Made by a program: the position numbers and the translations under genes | In this document: piece after piece, positions 35,629 to 48,975 of the stretch | Numbering within the stretch: position 1 is the stretch's first letter | Layout of the letters: every line of letters starts with the position of its first letter | Notes under the pieces: generated by a model | The model's input: only the letters and a program-made list of their open reading frames with translations | Told to the model about the DNA's origin: nothing | Database searches by the model: none | Source: Camelus dromedarius | Taxonomy: Eukaryota | NCBI RefSeq assembly: GCF_036321535.1 | Contig: NC_087472.1 | Coordinates: 102,550,001-102,614,000 of the forward strand | Length of the DNA: 64,000 nucleotides | Reading direction: 5' to 3'

Positions 35629-36234
35629 GTGAGTTTTGCTTGCTCCTTTGCTTCCGGCCCCTGGTTTTGGGATTGCATCATCAGTCTATGCCATCAGAAG
35701 ACCAACCTTCTTCTTTGACCTTGTCCACTGTCCTGGTGCCCAAATTGTTCTTATGATTCTCTTCCCTTAGAATGAGTTTCTTTAAATGGCACATTTCCAC
35801 AAATGCTCAGGGATCCTGTATTCTCCTTCCCAAATCCCTAAATATACCTGATTTCTGTGCTGAACAAAATTTAGATTCAAGCTGAGTTCCCTGCTCTCCT
35901 TAAGGAGAATAGTTTAAATTACTTGTTTCTTCTTTTTCATCGTCCTTAGTATAGTGGTAAGTTACCCAGTGAGTTAGCATCCATGTCAATTTTACTTTAA
36001 TAATCAGCTCCCAGAAGAAAGGCAGGCACACAATAGGTATTCAGTGACTATTTGTCCAGTGAACGAGAGCTTTTATTTGCAAGAAAATCTTCATTTTGAG
36101 AACAAGACTGAGTCTTTTTTTCTGGTACCCTAATCAAGGTCAAATTTCAATCTTTGTTCAGAGCATCTGTTCCTTTTGGCATTAGTGTCAGATGTCTGAA
36201 TAGGAGCAGGACCCAACCCAACATAGCAGAATAG

Positions 36235-36420
36235 TTAAGAGTCAGATGAACCTGAGGCCAGACAGTGATTGGACAAGTTACTTCACCTTTCTGATTCCCT
36301 TTCCTCACTGAGTAAAGGGAATAACATCTCAGCATGGCTTATGTGATGATTAAATGAGGCAACATGCCTTTAGCATTATACCTGTCACCTAACATTTACC
36401 CAACAGATGGTAGTTATTAA
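36235..36420 (+). mobile_element. MIR
   Basis: ttggacaagttacttcacctttctga...gattaaatgag core. Confidence 0.7.
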
Positions 36421-36730
36421 AAAATACTATTGATATTTTTAGAGAAGGAAAAAGAATCCCAAGTGTTTGAACATCATTTGAGTTTGTCACTCTTGTCTTT
36501 GAGTATAAAGCTTGGAAACCGTGGCCCTTCAAATCTTATGCAAAGGCAGTAAAAATGCTCCCCAAACTCCACACAATTTATACGTATGGATGGGAATAAT
36601 ATTGCAGCAAAATAGTTTGTAGCTCAATGCATACAAGGTTTTTTTTTTTTTTGGTTATCAATATTTCTGCTTGTTATTACCTATCTATGTTCATGGGGTC
36701 AGAGGTTATTTAGCTTTCTTGATCCCTATG

Positions 36731-37552
36731 CAGGCATGCCTCATTTTATTGCACGTTGCTTTATTTCACTGCAGAGATAATGCGTTTTCTTTTCAAAGAG
36801 GTTTGTGGCAACCCTGTGTTGAGCAAATCTGTCAGTGCCATTTTTCCAACAGCATTTCCTCACTTCATGTCTCTGTGTCCCATTTTGATAATTCTCACAA
36901 TATTTCAAACTTTTAAATCAGTCTTTTATTTGTTATGGCAATCTGTGACCAGTGATCTTTGATGTTACTACTATGACTCACTGGAGGCTCAGATGATAGT
37001 TGGCATTTTTCAGTAACAGATTTTTTTTTTATTGAAGTATAGTTGATTTACACTGTTGTGTTAGTTTCAGTTGTTCAGCAAAGTGATTCAGTTACAGAAA
37101 TGTGTGTGTGTGTATATATATATTCTTTTTCAGATTCTTTTCCATTCTGTGTTATTACAAAATATTGAATACAGTTCTCTGTGCTATACAGTAGGTCCTT
37201 GTTTATCTATTTTATATATGGTAATGTGTATCTGTTCATCCCAAACTCCTAATTTATCTCTCCCTCCCCCTCCTTTCCCTTTTGGTAACCATAAGTTTGT
37301 TTTCTATGCCTGTGAGTCTGTTCCTGTTTTGTAAATAAGTATGATCATCTCTAGGTCCATCCATGGCAATAGAGTATTTTTAATTAAGGTACGTACATTG
37401 TTTTTTAGACATAATGCTATTGCACACTTAATAGGCTACAGGATAGTCTGAGCTCTGGGGAACCAAGATATTTGTATGACTCACTTTTTTTCAATATTCA
37501 TTTTATTGCAGTGATCTGGAACTGAACCTGTAATCTCTCCAAGGCCTACCTG
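36731..37552 (+). mobile_element. Internally deleted Tigger1-type TcMar transposon, interrupted by L1
   Basis: caggcatgcctcattttattgc start, ...aggcctacctg|ta end. Homologous to 53396-54105. Confidence 0.9.
37021..37365 (-). mobile_element. L1 3' end inserted in Tigger1
   Basis: Poly(T)-attgaagtatagttgattta...ggtaaccataagtttgttttc. Confidence 0.9.
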
Positions 37553-39889
37553 TACCATGTGTCTGAATACAATGCCTGGAACTTAATAAATGTCTGGACA
37601 ATGATTGCAACCAAGAAAAATACTGTTTTGCCTATCGATTGTAGATGAACAAAATCAAAGTCACTGAAAATTATCGTCTAGGAGAAACAATACTTTGGGA
37701 GTGTACTGTATAAAAACTGTTCAGCAATCAAGTTTGTGTTATTTTTTTAAAGGTAATTACACTAATAGTGGAGTGTCAAGAAGCTACACTAGTTTAGTAT
37801 ATTATATGTTGAGTGAAAACAGCCAGAAGAACTGAAGTTATAGTTGGACCAGATGAATGTGATGGTTCAACACGGGGAGTATGAACCTGTAAGGCTGGAC
37901 CACAGCCTCAGGGACTAGCTAGGCACTGGGCAGTTGTCCACTGCCGGCCAGCACTGCTGACTGGAATGCCATCTTCCCAGCTGAGGACTGTGCCTTCTCT
38001 GGCTGGGAAGACTCATAAAGATGGGTGTGTGTAGGAGTTGTGTGCTAGCTGGAAGGCTGGTGGGCAACAAGTGCCCAGGCAGCGCCCACTTGGTGGTCCT
38101 GTCAGTGTGGGAGGGAGGACTCAAGGAGCTTTGGGCAGCAGCTGTTTACCAGTTGACATGGGAGCAACTCTGAATTTAACAACCTGGTTTTGTGATTTTC
38201 CTAGTAAAATTGGTTGTTTGGTGGGACTCCTGCCTTCTGTGAGGAGATACCAACTAGAACAATGAGCAAAGAAATTGGTAAGTAGGAGGGCAAGGGGATT
38301 GAGTAGAGGTCAGGGGCTAATATAGAGAGTTAATCGCAGGGGTAGAGCTAAAAAATGTGCAGCAGATGGCATCGCAGCCCAGTGTGTCTCATAGTACTCG
38401 TGTCCTTGACTTAGTTGACATTGGTTTCTTTGGTTCTTTTCATTTCTTTTCTGTGTTGACTATTTGATATAGCTCCTCACTCCCAAGACCCTTTGCTTGT
38501 CCAGCAGATGAAAATTCCCTCCCAGAAAGCAAAACTGCCTGCTAACCGAGAGAAAGTGTAGTTGCCGGCATGAGTCTATTTAGTGTTAGCCTTTAAAGGA
38601 GGTGTTCATGAAAAATTGTCTGTGAAATTAATTTATGTAAAGAGATAAATTTCTTTCAGCTGATGATGTTTTAAGAGATAGCCCTTTGGAAAATGAGATT
38701 ATGAGTTCGCGAGTGCTCAGTAAAAAAATGTTTTGCTCTGAACAAAATGTGCTGCTGTAAAAGAGTTCCTGATTTCAGACAGGCAAGACAAAGTAGTGCT
38801 TCTTATCATGTGAAAATCAGCTGTGAAATCAGCTAATTGATATGGTAGAATGGATTTGGTTTGAGCTCTCCAAGTCACTTTTTTTTTTTTAACGTGGAAT
38901 TGTCTGCTTCTTGAGGTCTCTACCAGCTAAGCAATTATTTCCATTGCCAAGACATCACAGCTCCAAGATTCATGCCACAATATAGGACACACAAAAGGCT
39001 TTAGACTGACAGCCACAACCCTTGACCTCTAGGCCCAGCTCAGCCACCAGGTAATTATGGATGTTTGTGGTCTTTGTACTTCAGTTAGAATCAAAGTGAC
39101 CTTGTACACCTAGTAGGCGTGCTCTCTTAACCTGCTTGGGCTTTTCTGATTTATTTAGCACAGGATTCCCAAGTTAAAATTCTGCAAAATATTTGATGTA
39201 CAAAATCACCACGTGCCATCACGTTCTTCTGTATCGATGGGGAAGATTAATATGTCTCAAATACACCAGCTTTGTCAAATACCACTTTCCTTTTGCTATT
39301 TGCAGAGATACTAGGATGGTAGTAGAGAATCATAAAATTCAATGGATATGCATTTAAATGTCCATATATTGAAACATTAGGGGCCCCCAATACTGTGGCT
39401 GTAAAATGTTTTGCCACCCACTGCAGAGTTAGCCAAACAGCCCTTCCCAAATTCAGTTGAAATTGATGAAACTAAATAGTAATTTCTAACTCAAAAGCAA
39501 GAACAACAGCAATAAAAAAAAAAAAAAATCTCGCCAACTGTGAGAACTTCTGATGAGGCCCTAAAACAAAGTGCATTTTTTTCCTTCCTTAAAATTGGGG
39601 GAATGCCATCAGCATGTACAGCTGTGTGGGAGGGATTTGCTGTGTTCCTGGGGGCAGGGACAAGGCCTGTACAGGAGAGATTTCAAGTCCCCACAAAACT
39701 CAGGTAAAGGGTGAACTTTAGGGTATGAACACCAGGTTTTAGTCACTGTATTAAAGTCACCAGTAGACAAATAGCCTTTCATTTAAACGAAAGAATGAAG
39801 TCTTTGGAGTCACCCTTTTTTAAGAACCACAGAAATGATGGCATTTCTACAGCAGTGCTTTCCTCTGCTTTGCTCATCTCTAAGAGTAG

Positions 39890-40100
39890 TAGTTGACTTT
39901 TTCTGAGCATTTCTTATGTGCCAGGCTCAGGAACAGTATTTTACACGTATTGTCTCATTGACTCCTCATAGCCACCCTGTGAGGTGGACATTGCTAATAT
40001 TTTAGAAATGAGAAAACTGAGGTTCAGAACTGTTAAAAAACTTGTCCAAGGTACACATGCTAGGGAAGGATGTGGTCTCAGGCAGCCTGATTCCCAGGCA
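39890..40100 (-). mobile_element. MIR
   Basis: tatgtgccagg...ccctgtgaggtgg...atgagaaaactgaggttcaga...cttgtccaaggt. Confidence 0.85.
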
Positions 40101-41153
40101 CACATTCCTAACTTCTAGGCAATACTGCTTTCAGAGGCTCCTGGACCACACTTTGGTAACCACTGGCTTAAATCAGATTTGCAGGGATGATGGTGAGGGT
40201 TGGGAATGGTTGACCCAAGAGTCTGGAAGACAAGATGGTAGGTGGGGGAATCTGAAGCATCACCTGCCAGGATCAAAGTCCAGCAAGCTTCACCTATTTT
40301 CCGCTTCAATAATCTGTTCCCATGGTTGTGACACCCTTGGAATCAATCTTCTTCTTCCCTTGTCCCTCCTCTGACCACAGTCCCCTGACTTGCCTGTTTT
40401 TATACCTCTTTTTCCTAGAACATCTGCTTTGCTACCTCGTTGGCCCAATATTTTTACCCTCCCCCCTTTCTCCTGGGCTTTTAGCTCCTTCCTGGACACA
40501 CTTCCTTCCCTCTCCAGTGTAGACTTCATAGTACATCACCTCAACATCCTCCTACCCCCATCCTCAGTCCCTCTCCCCCTGTCTTTCTATCTTGTCTGCC
40601 CTACGAAGCTCAGACTCTCTGTCTTTCCACCTAGGTTATCGACGGCTCCTGAAGAAAACCGTCTAATTCTGCAGATTTGTGTCATGAAGGGACCATGAAA
40701 GTACTGGCAGCAAGGCCTCAATACCCACCCCACCTCATTACAGTGTTGATTCAAAAGGTATTATTTCAGAGCTGAACTGGAAATAAGAAGGGGAAGTCAT
40801 CAGGTACAAGAAAGAAAGAAGGTACAAATAACATTCATAGTGATGTTGTGGTGTCCCAAAGGAGTGGATGTAAACCCCAGATACACGGGCTGAAGTTTAA
40901 CATTCACAACCTAGAAAAATAGATTCTTAAGTCCTTGTTGCCATTACAAGAAATGTAGCCAACCCTAGTCTAGGACCACAGGAGGACCACAGGGGCTAGT
41001 TCATTTATACACAGAGAGGTGTCCTTGGGTCTGTGTGGAGATGGGAAGTGGGAATTGGAATCCTAGACTAAAGCTGCCTCCCAGGAAAGGCTGCCCCTGT
41101 GTGGAAGGGTAACTAGAACATTCTATCCATGAGTCTAGAAGAGAAGCAATCTT

Positions 41154-41517
41154 TTTTTTTTAATTGATGTATATTTGATTTACAATGTTGTGTTAGTTTC
41201 AGGTTTATAGCAAAGTGATTCAATTTTTATATTTATATACAGTATATTCTTTTTCATATTCTTTTCCATTATAGGTTATTACAAGATATTGAATATAGTT
41301 CCCTGTGCTATATAGTAAGTCCTTGTTGTTTATCTGTTTTATATTTAGTAGTGTGTATCTGTTAGTCCCAAACTCCTAATTTATCCCTCCCCACTTTTCC
41401 CCTTTAGTAACCATAAGTTTGTTTTCTATGTCTGTGAGTGTTTCTGTTTTGTAAATAAGTTCATTTTTTCAGATTCCACATGTAAGTGATATATGATATT
41501 TGTCTTTCTCTGGGAGG
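41154..41517 (-). mobile_element. L1 3' end
   Basis: Poly(T) plus 3'UTR. TSD agagaagcaatctt at 41140-41153 and 41518-41531. Confidence 0.9.
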
Positions 41518-41949
41518 AGAGAAGCAATCTTATTCCAGTTGTGGTTTGGAGTGAGGAAAAATAAATGTTTTGTGTGAAACTGAAACTTCAAACCTGCATT
41601 TGGGGTGTGGAGCCCGAATTTATAGTCTCCACATGTGTGGAAATCCCTGGCCAAAGAATTAATATAAGCCCAGCTGTACCCAATGCCATAAGGCAAGTAA
41701 AAGAAATGAGGCCCAGCTTTTATAAAGGAAAAAACAAAACTCATCACTTGTAGGGTCTATGATTGTATGAATCTAGAAAATCCAAAAGAATTCTCAAATT
41801 ATTAGAATTAATAAGTAGATATCGTGAGGTCCTGTATACTTATGTGAAAAACAAACATGTAAATAAAACTAAAATCTTTGCATCATGCCTCAAACCCATT
41901 GTCCACCCCATCAGTCAACAGGTGACCTTGTCTCATGCTACACAGGGAA

Positions 41950-42450
41950 AAATGGGGCTCTGAGTTGTGAACTTCCACACCTTCTCCACCTCGTGACCCT
42001 ACCTAAGTCAGCCCCTACCCTTGCTTCTTTCCTTGTATTCAAAGAGGGCATCCTTTTCTCTTCTTTTATAAACACTTTTCTCTGTGCCTTTGAGTCTCTT
42101 CCCTTCCATCTCCACTAGAATAAAGATACGGCTTCTTCTGATAATCTCTTTGTCTTATATGTTCAACATAGCTCCTTCTCTATAGCTTTTTAAAGATGCT
42201 CAAATTGCTGTTATCTTTTGACAAAAAAAGACTATGACAAGCCTTGGAAGACCCCCCAAATCACCTCTAGCTCTCACATTTTCAAAAGGACACACTAAAC
42301 TTGCTGTATCCATTTTGCACTTCTTAAAGACTCTTAAGCCTCTTTCAATCAGATTTCCCTTCCTATTACTCCTCTGAAATGGCTTTTATCAAAGTGACCA
42401 AATGTCCTTCTTAACCCCTCAATCCACTGGATTCTTTCCAGTCTTCTAGC
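41950..42450 (+). mobile_element. L2 remnant
   Basis: ctctttcaatcagatttccc...ctctgaaatggcttttatcaaagtgaccaa typical of L2 ORF. Confidence 0.55.
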
Positions 42451-44119
42451 ACCTACCATTCAATTGCTTGTTTAGCTCGAGACACCTACCTACACCTTGA
42501 CTGTGAACTTCTGGCCCTTGTATAGGTCTGGCTGTTTCCTTAACTCTGTCCTTTCTATTTAGTCAGTTTTTCCTCATCTGCCATGGTCCTAGGAAAAAGT
42601 TGTCTTGTTCCTATGGCAACAAAGGCTTAGGAATCTGAGTACTTTCCTAGGTGGAAGTGTGGAGTTGGGGCAGGCAAAGGGCTGAGATGTAACATCTGAG
42701 TTAGAACAAGATTATGGTGCTGCCATTGAGGCAGCTTCTAGGGGCAAAGGGAATTTTCTCCAGCCCTTATTATTCACTGATGAATGTGTGCATCCCAGGA
42801 GGCAGAAGTAATTGTAACTCATGGGTCACTGGACTTTTCAGCTATAACTGCTTTGGACTAATGATTGATGACTGATTTGGAGTTGGGACATTTTACAACT
42901 CAGGGGGAAGGGAGCAGAGGTGGGCTCAAATGATTAAGGCTGGATTTTCTGCCAGCCAGGAGGAACTAGGGCTCAGAGTCCCATTTAGGTTGACCTCAAG
43001 ACAATAAAGAAACGTGGCCTTTCTTGCACAGTTAAGTTTGTTAGCTGAGATCCACACCTGTTTCCTATGAAAAATGTCCAATAAAGTGTAGCTTTTAGTG
43101 TGGGGAATATCCATAATTATCCAGCTCCCTGAATCTGGCATGGTGTGCTGAGGGACTCAGCTGTTGAAGCAGAAATGGTCAGACGCACCAGATTTCCAGG
43201 ATGGATGTGATCACTTCTGACTGCAGAGCAAGCAGCGGGATAAAGATCCTTGTGCCAAGATGGCGAACTTGTAGGGCTATTTGACCTAAGATGCCACTAC
43301 CTTGTTCGTACTTTAGAGTGGCTTGTGATTTTGCAGTGGGAAGAGGCTGGGAAAGAAAGACATATGGCTTTTAGAAATACTGAAAGAAATTTATTCTAAG
43401 CCACATTTCTGCCCGAATGCATTAACAAATGCAAGAACGAAATACGAATTTTCAGCTCATTATCGCTCTAGTTTTGGCAGCATGATTTTCCCTGAGGCTT
43501 TTAATTCTTTCCTTGGAGTCCTCTATATTAACTTTGAGTTTTTGATGTGTTTTCAAATATTGGCTTAAAGCGTCACAGGTTGTTATTTTATTTAAGTGGA
43601 TAAATTGGCTGTCTAGATGTATCCTATTTAATATACAAATGTGTATTTTCATGCAAGTAAAACTAACTTCTATAGGAAGCTGTTCAGGATATACGATGTC
43701 ACGGGAAGGTCATGCATATTTATTTCCTCTCAGAGTTCTGGCTTCTTGATTACGTTATTGTTTAATCATTTATTTATACCACTACCTTGTTAGTAGTGGG
43801 ACTAAATGTCCCGAAGCATTCCTTTTCTTATTTTCCTCGTTCCCTATGTCACAAACAATCAAATTAGAAAAAGAAAACCCTGTTGATGTATATGCAGGAA
43901 GGATTTTTCTAGCCCTAATGACCCCAGTGACAAAGAATTTTCTTCTGTACTTGCATTCTACTCATTGCAGACTTTTGCCTTTCAAATCCCCTTCCACTGG
44001 ACCTCCTGAACTTTTATTATATCGAACAACCTTCCATTAATTTCAGGCAATGACAGAGTTGAAAGCCTGGAAGATACTTTAGAGCCTTGCTACTCAAAGT
44101 ATGGATCGTTTTGCCCCAT

Positions 44120-45612
44120 TTATGTTAATGACTTTGAATCTCCATCTCTAGTCTATCAGCTGTGCCCTCGGCATGCCGGGCATGATTTTGCAATAGCTTT
44201 TTGGATATCTCTATGTGGATGTCAGCTAGTATATCAGAGCCAGCATGCTTAAAACCCAAACACACAGGGACATGGCAACACACAGTCAACTCACCATTAC
44301 CCTCTTCATGTGCTTCCTTATCTGTAGTCCATTTTTCATTGATGACATTGCCGTCTTCTTGGTCATCTCAACTGGATGTGAAAAGCACATTGTCACATCT
44401 TTCTCTCTCAGTACTACCCTCCCCCCTCAGTTTGATCAGCCCATAAATCCTGTGAATTAAATTTCTATCAGGCCCTGGGCATAGATCCCTTCTCTACTCA
44501 TTACTGTTCTGATTTACATTTTCATTGTCTCCTGCCTTGCATAATGCAAACTCTCCTAACTTACTTTGCCTTCTCCAGTCTCTCATCTCTCTAACAAATT
44601 ACTCCAAAACTTAGCTTAAAACTCCCAGTTGCTATAAGTCAGAAGCCCGGAGTCAGCTTTGTTGGGTGGTTCTGGATCAGGAGAGCTCTTATGAGGTTGC
44701 AATCAAGGTGTTATCCAGGGCTGCAGTCATCTGAGGCTTGACTGGGGAACGATATGCTTCCAAGTTCACTCACAGGATTTTTAGCAGGCCTCAGGTTTTC
44801 ACCACAAGGCCCTCTTTGCTGGGCTGCTTAGCACATGGAATCTGACTTCTCTCACAGAGAGCAATTGGAGAGAGTGAGCACTCTCCCCAGGAAGAAAGTT
44901 GCAGTATTTTTATAACCTAAAATTGGAAGTGACAGCTATCACTTCTGCCATATTTTATTGGTTAGAAGAGAGTCACTAAGTACAGCCCACAGTCCAGGGG
45001 AGGGAATTAAGTTCCATCTCTTGAGAGAAGTATTGAAAAATTTGTAGGTGTATCGTTAAAGCCATCACAAGTTGTCCTCTGGCCACAAATTGTTTATCTT
45101 CCTCCCACATGCAAAATTCGTATCAAGGAATTTATAGACATAGACATATCTTTAAAACTACCACACCACCCTCACTTCACAGAAACTGGAATCTTGAGAC
45201 ATATCTTTGTTCTGATTATTTTCACTGACTCTGCTTTACATATACAGATCAAACTCCCCAGGTCCTTTATCATCTGGTCCTAATACATATTTTCCACCAC
45301 TTGCTTATGAATCCTACATGCATTCAAACCAAATGATTCACCATTTCCTAATTATACCCTAAAGCTACCCTTCTCTGTACCTTCATGTATTGTTTGCCAG
45401 TCTGGAAGGTACTCCCTTGTCTCAAATTCTCTTCAAAATTCCAGCCTTGCCTCCTTTATAAAGTGTGGCAGCTCCCCTAAAATAGAATGTATCTACTTTC
45501 TTTGATTGTAAATTCCTAGAGGACAAGAACCATACCTTGCACACCTCTGTAGCCCTCAAAATAAGAAGCAGATTTCATTGTATCCAACAGATGTTTAACA
45601 AATGTTGAATCA
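44120..45612 (+). mobile_element. L2 remnant interrupted by MLT1
   Basis: ttggatatctctatgtggatgtc...; 3' part gattgtaaattcctagaggacaag...acaaatgttgaat. Confidence 0.6.
44594..45166 (-). mobile_element. MLT1 (F/G/H-like) LTR plus short internal segment plus second LTR terminus
   Basis: acaaattactccaaaacttag...gggctgcagtcatctgaggcttgactgggg...cacttctgccatatttt. Confidence 0.75.
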
Positions 45613-46056
45613 AATTATATGAAGATAGCATTTCTCCATTTAGGCAAAATGAACACTTTGGGTTGTTGGTGTCCGTGTGGTATACACCAACACCATGATA
45701 GCATTTTATTCATTGCATACAATCTGTCTTTCAAAGACACAATGCCAAAATTGCTGTATGTATGACAACCTGGTGGAATTGGTGGTAGAATTTCCAAATT
45801 ATGTCAACATCTCCAAAGTACCAGCCTTCTGCTACTGTGTTAGAAGGCCAAGGAAAGTTCATTTACCAGCATGTTAATGTTCCACATGTATCCCATAAAG
45901 TGGGAGTGGTGAAGCTATACACTTAGGCTGTCTATAGCTATGCTATGGTGGGACATTGCCTGTTTAATTTCTGAGCATTTTCTCCCTCCTCTTCTCCCTT
46001 TCTCTCTGTCTTTTCTTCCTTTCTTTCCCCCTCCCGCTCTTTCTTCCTTTAAAAAA

Positions 46057-46181
46057 ATTTTTTTTAATTAATTGTTTTTTAGGGGGAGATAATTAGATTT
46101 ATTTAATAGAGATACTGGGGATTGAACTCAGGACCTTGTGCATGCAAAGAACACACTCTACCACTGAACTATAACCTCCAC
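46057..46181 (-). mobile_element. Vic-1-type SINE
   Basis: gatactggggattgaactcaggaccttgtgcatgc...ctctaccactgaactata, with the same tail motif as 1986-2128. Confidence 0.85.
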
Positions 46182-46364
46182 ACTCCCTTCTTTCCTTCCC
46201 CCTCTCCCTTTTTCCTGCCTTCCTTTCTTTCTTTTGTTGTCCACATCACTTTCTCATTTGACCTCTCATTGTTACTTTCTCCTACCACTCTGTGAGGTTG
46301 TTAACTGGGCATTCTGATAGCATTACTGCCCCTTAAATTTAGCCAAATGGTAGTTCTCTCTTTG

Positions 46365-46514
46365 TTAACAGTTTTATTGAGGTATAATTTACACACCATA
46401 AAAATCCATCTATTTTAAGTGTACAATTCAATGATTTTTAGTAAATTTACAGAGTTGTGCACCTATCACTACAATCCAATTTTAGAACATTCCCGTGACC
46501 TCAAAAGATCCCTT
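46365..46514 (-). mobile_element. Old L1 (L1MB/MA-like) 3' end
   Basis: acagttttattgaggtataatttaca...aagtgtacaattcaatgatttttagtaaatttacagagttgtgc. Confidence 0.85.
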
Positions 46515-48794
46515 GAGCTGACTGAATTATTAAAAAAAAAGTTTTGTACCTTTTTTCTCTTTTTACAAGAGGAATACAGTCATTTCAGATAATTTAGAAA
46601 ATACAGAAAAACAAAAAAAAGAAAATATAAATTCTCTTCATCCCACAACCTACAGATAATCATCGCTATTCTGACATCTATTTAATCCCTCTCTCTATTT
46701 ATCTACTAATTTATTTGTATCTTAGAAGGGAAGCTCCTATTTAGGGGATGCTGAGAAGTTGATTAGATCTAGGGACAGAGCAGCTACATATTAATAATTT
46801 AAAAATAACAGAGACAATCTCTTTTTATCATATTGATTTTAAAGAACTTGCCTGAAATTTTGACTTTTGAACTACCACATTAGATGTCTATTTATATATG
46901 AGGATAGGAAGCCAATTAAGGCAATAAATAGGCCATTACATACTGGGATCGAAATGTGGTTTTACTTTCCCTGTGTGTGTGTGTGGGAGAGGGTGGTGAA
47001 GGGGGAAGGGACTACAGTGATTGCTGCCTAGAGGCCTTATGGGATATCCTAAATGTAGAACACCTGGGGTTGGGGGCGGTTGGTAGGACAGATGTGAGCA
47101 GGAGAAAATCAGAAGAAATCTTGTAAGGAAAAAGTAAGTTGGGCTTCAAGAACCTGCTCCCAAATGAGGGCTTCTGGCGCTTCCCCAAATTTCTTTGAAA
47201 AGGGAAAATGGGGGGGAAAGTGGAATTAAAATAGGAACTGTTTGTAGTGAATTAGCATGTTAAGAGGTTTCTGATTAGCTCCGTTGAGTACTTTACCCAG
47301 AGTAAGAGTCAGTACGTGCACCAGTATATGGGGACTCTTGAGTGACAGGGCCTCCATGTGGAATTAGGTGATCAAGATGAGTGTGGGCTGCGGGGATTCT
47401 CTACCCTTGACTGGGAAGATGGCAGTTTCTGTCTTGTGTTGGCAAAAAAGCAGCTAAGTTGTGGGACTCATCTCTTACATGTGCCGAGGCTGAAGTTTTG
47501 GAGGGATTGGTAGGAAAACAAGTCAGGGTGCTGGATTATGCCAGTGACATTCCTTGGTCTCCAATTATTCTTACAAGAAAGGGAAAAGCATCCCAATTTG
47601 GGGCTATTTCAGAACTTTACTATTAGAGGTCTTTCTGCCTGCAGCCAGCAATCCACGTTGTCTGAGAGTCAGTGTACCATGACCCGAGCAGGATGGAAAA
47701 AGGTGAATTCTCCAGTTGAGGCTAAAGTGAAAACAGAGAGGCAGGAAACAAAGTAGGTAATGAAATTGGGGCCTGGGAAACACTCCATATTCCTGCCCCT
47801 CATGGGCATCTTCTGCAGTGTGTTTCCTGCCTGAGTCAGGTTTAGAACATGCAGCCTGGGGATACAGAGGAGCTGTGCCTTCGTAATCTTGCTACTGTTT
47901 TATGTTTTTCTGAATCAGATGTGAAGATGGAGGCCATTAAGGTGGAGGCTGGAGGCGAGGCAGAGGCGAGGCCAAGCCCTGAGATTTGTTACTGAAAGAC
48001 AGTAATGCTTTGGTTAGGGTCTAAATTCATGGGCTATGACTTGACAAGATCTCTGACTTAGGTTCTTAGCTCAGTGAATTGAGTGAATGAATATAAGCAA
48101 AAACTTAATCAAGCTTTTAAGCAGGTTGTATTGCAGGAGAAACTCTAATTCTGTGAGCAAAAGTCTGTGATCTCCTGTTTAACCTGAAAGTTTACATTCA
48201 GTTTCCCAAACCTGCAGCAATGGGGATCAAGCTGCTAAAAGGTACAACCGCCTAGGAAGAGACTCTTCCACCAGTGCCCATCTCAGATGCATATATGGAG
48301 GATGGTGAATGAGGGGGCTTTTCCCAGAGAGCAAAACCAAGGGCAGCTGGTTCTCTACAGCAGGGAATTATTGAGATCCCTCTCAAGTAGTATATATTGC
48401 TCATGATCCTTGTGGTTTTTTCCCTCCTTTCCTTTTTATTTTTTTTTTATTTCCAAATAGGAATTTTTCTAACAGTGGTCCTGTTTTCCACTCTTTTCTC
48501 CCCTAGCCTTTGTATAATGGGTCTGTTGGGGTGGTTAAATATTCTATCCATAGACTGTCAGACAACATGGAACTACGTGTAGACCTGTCTGGGAGAGATC
48601 ACCCAGCTGTCTTGAGTATAATAACTTAATGAAACTTAACATTGGGCTATATCTTTTTGGGAAGAGGGTGAGTGCAATTTTGTTGGTACATCGAATAGTT
48701 GCATAATGTTGGAAGGATACATTTAAAAAATTATGTCTGCAAAGAAAGGTGTGTATAGATAGATGTTAGGAAGTAAAGGTGTGGACTGTAGTGA

Positions 48795-48947
48795 GTCCTG
48801 ATGCCATTGTTTGATACAGCTGTGACTGAAACTTGACTTCTTTCCCTCTACTTTTCAGTTTTCAAGCCAATAATTTCCCTTTTTAATATAACTGAGTTTC
48901 AGTTGGTTTTATTATCATTTGCAATGAGAAATGCCCTCACTGATACA
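48795..48947 (+). mobile_element. MLT1 LTR 3' end
   Basis: acttttcagtt...agccaataatttccctt...catttgcaa...ctgataca. Confidence 0.6.
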
Positions 48948-48975
48948 ACACATATATATTTAATAGCTATCATCT

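Noticed and set aside
35940..35968. About 20/23 match to the recalled 5' end of tRNA-Asp (tcgtccttagtatagtggtaagt)
   Set aside because: Too short, no remaining cloverleaf, no tail or TSD. Chance cannot be excluded.
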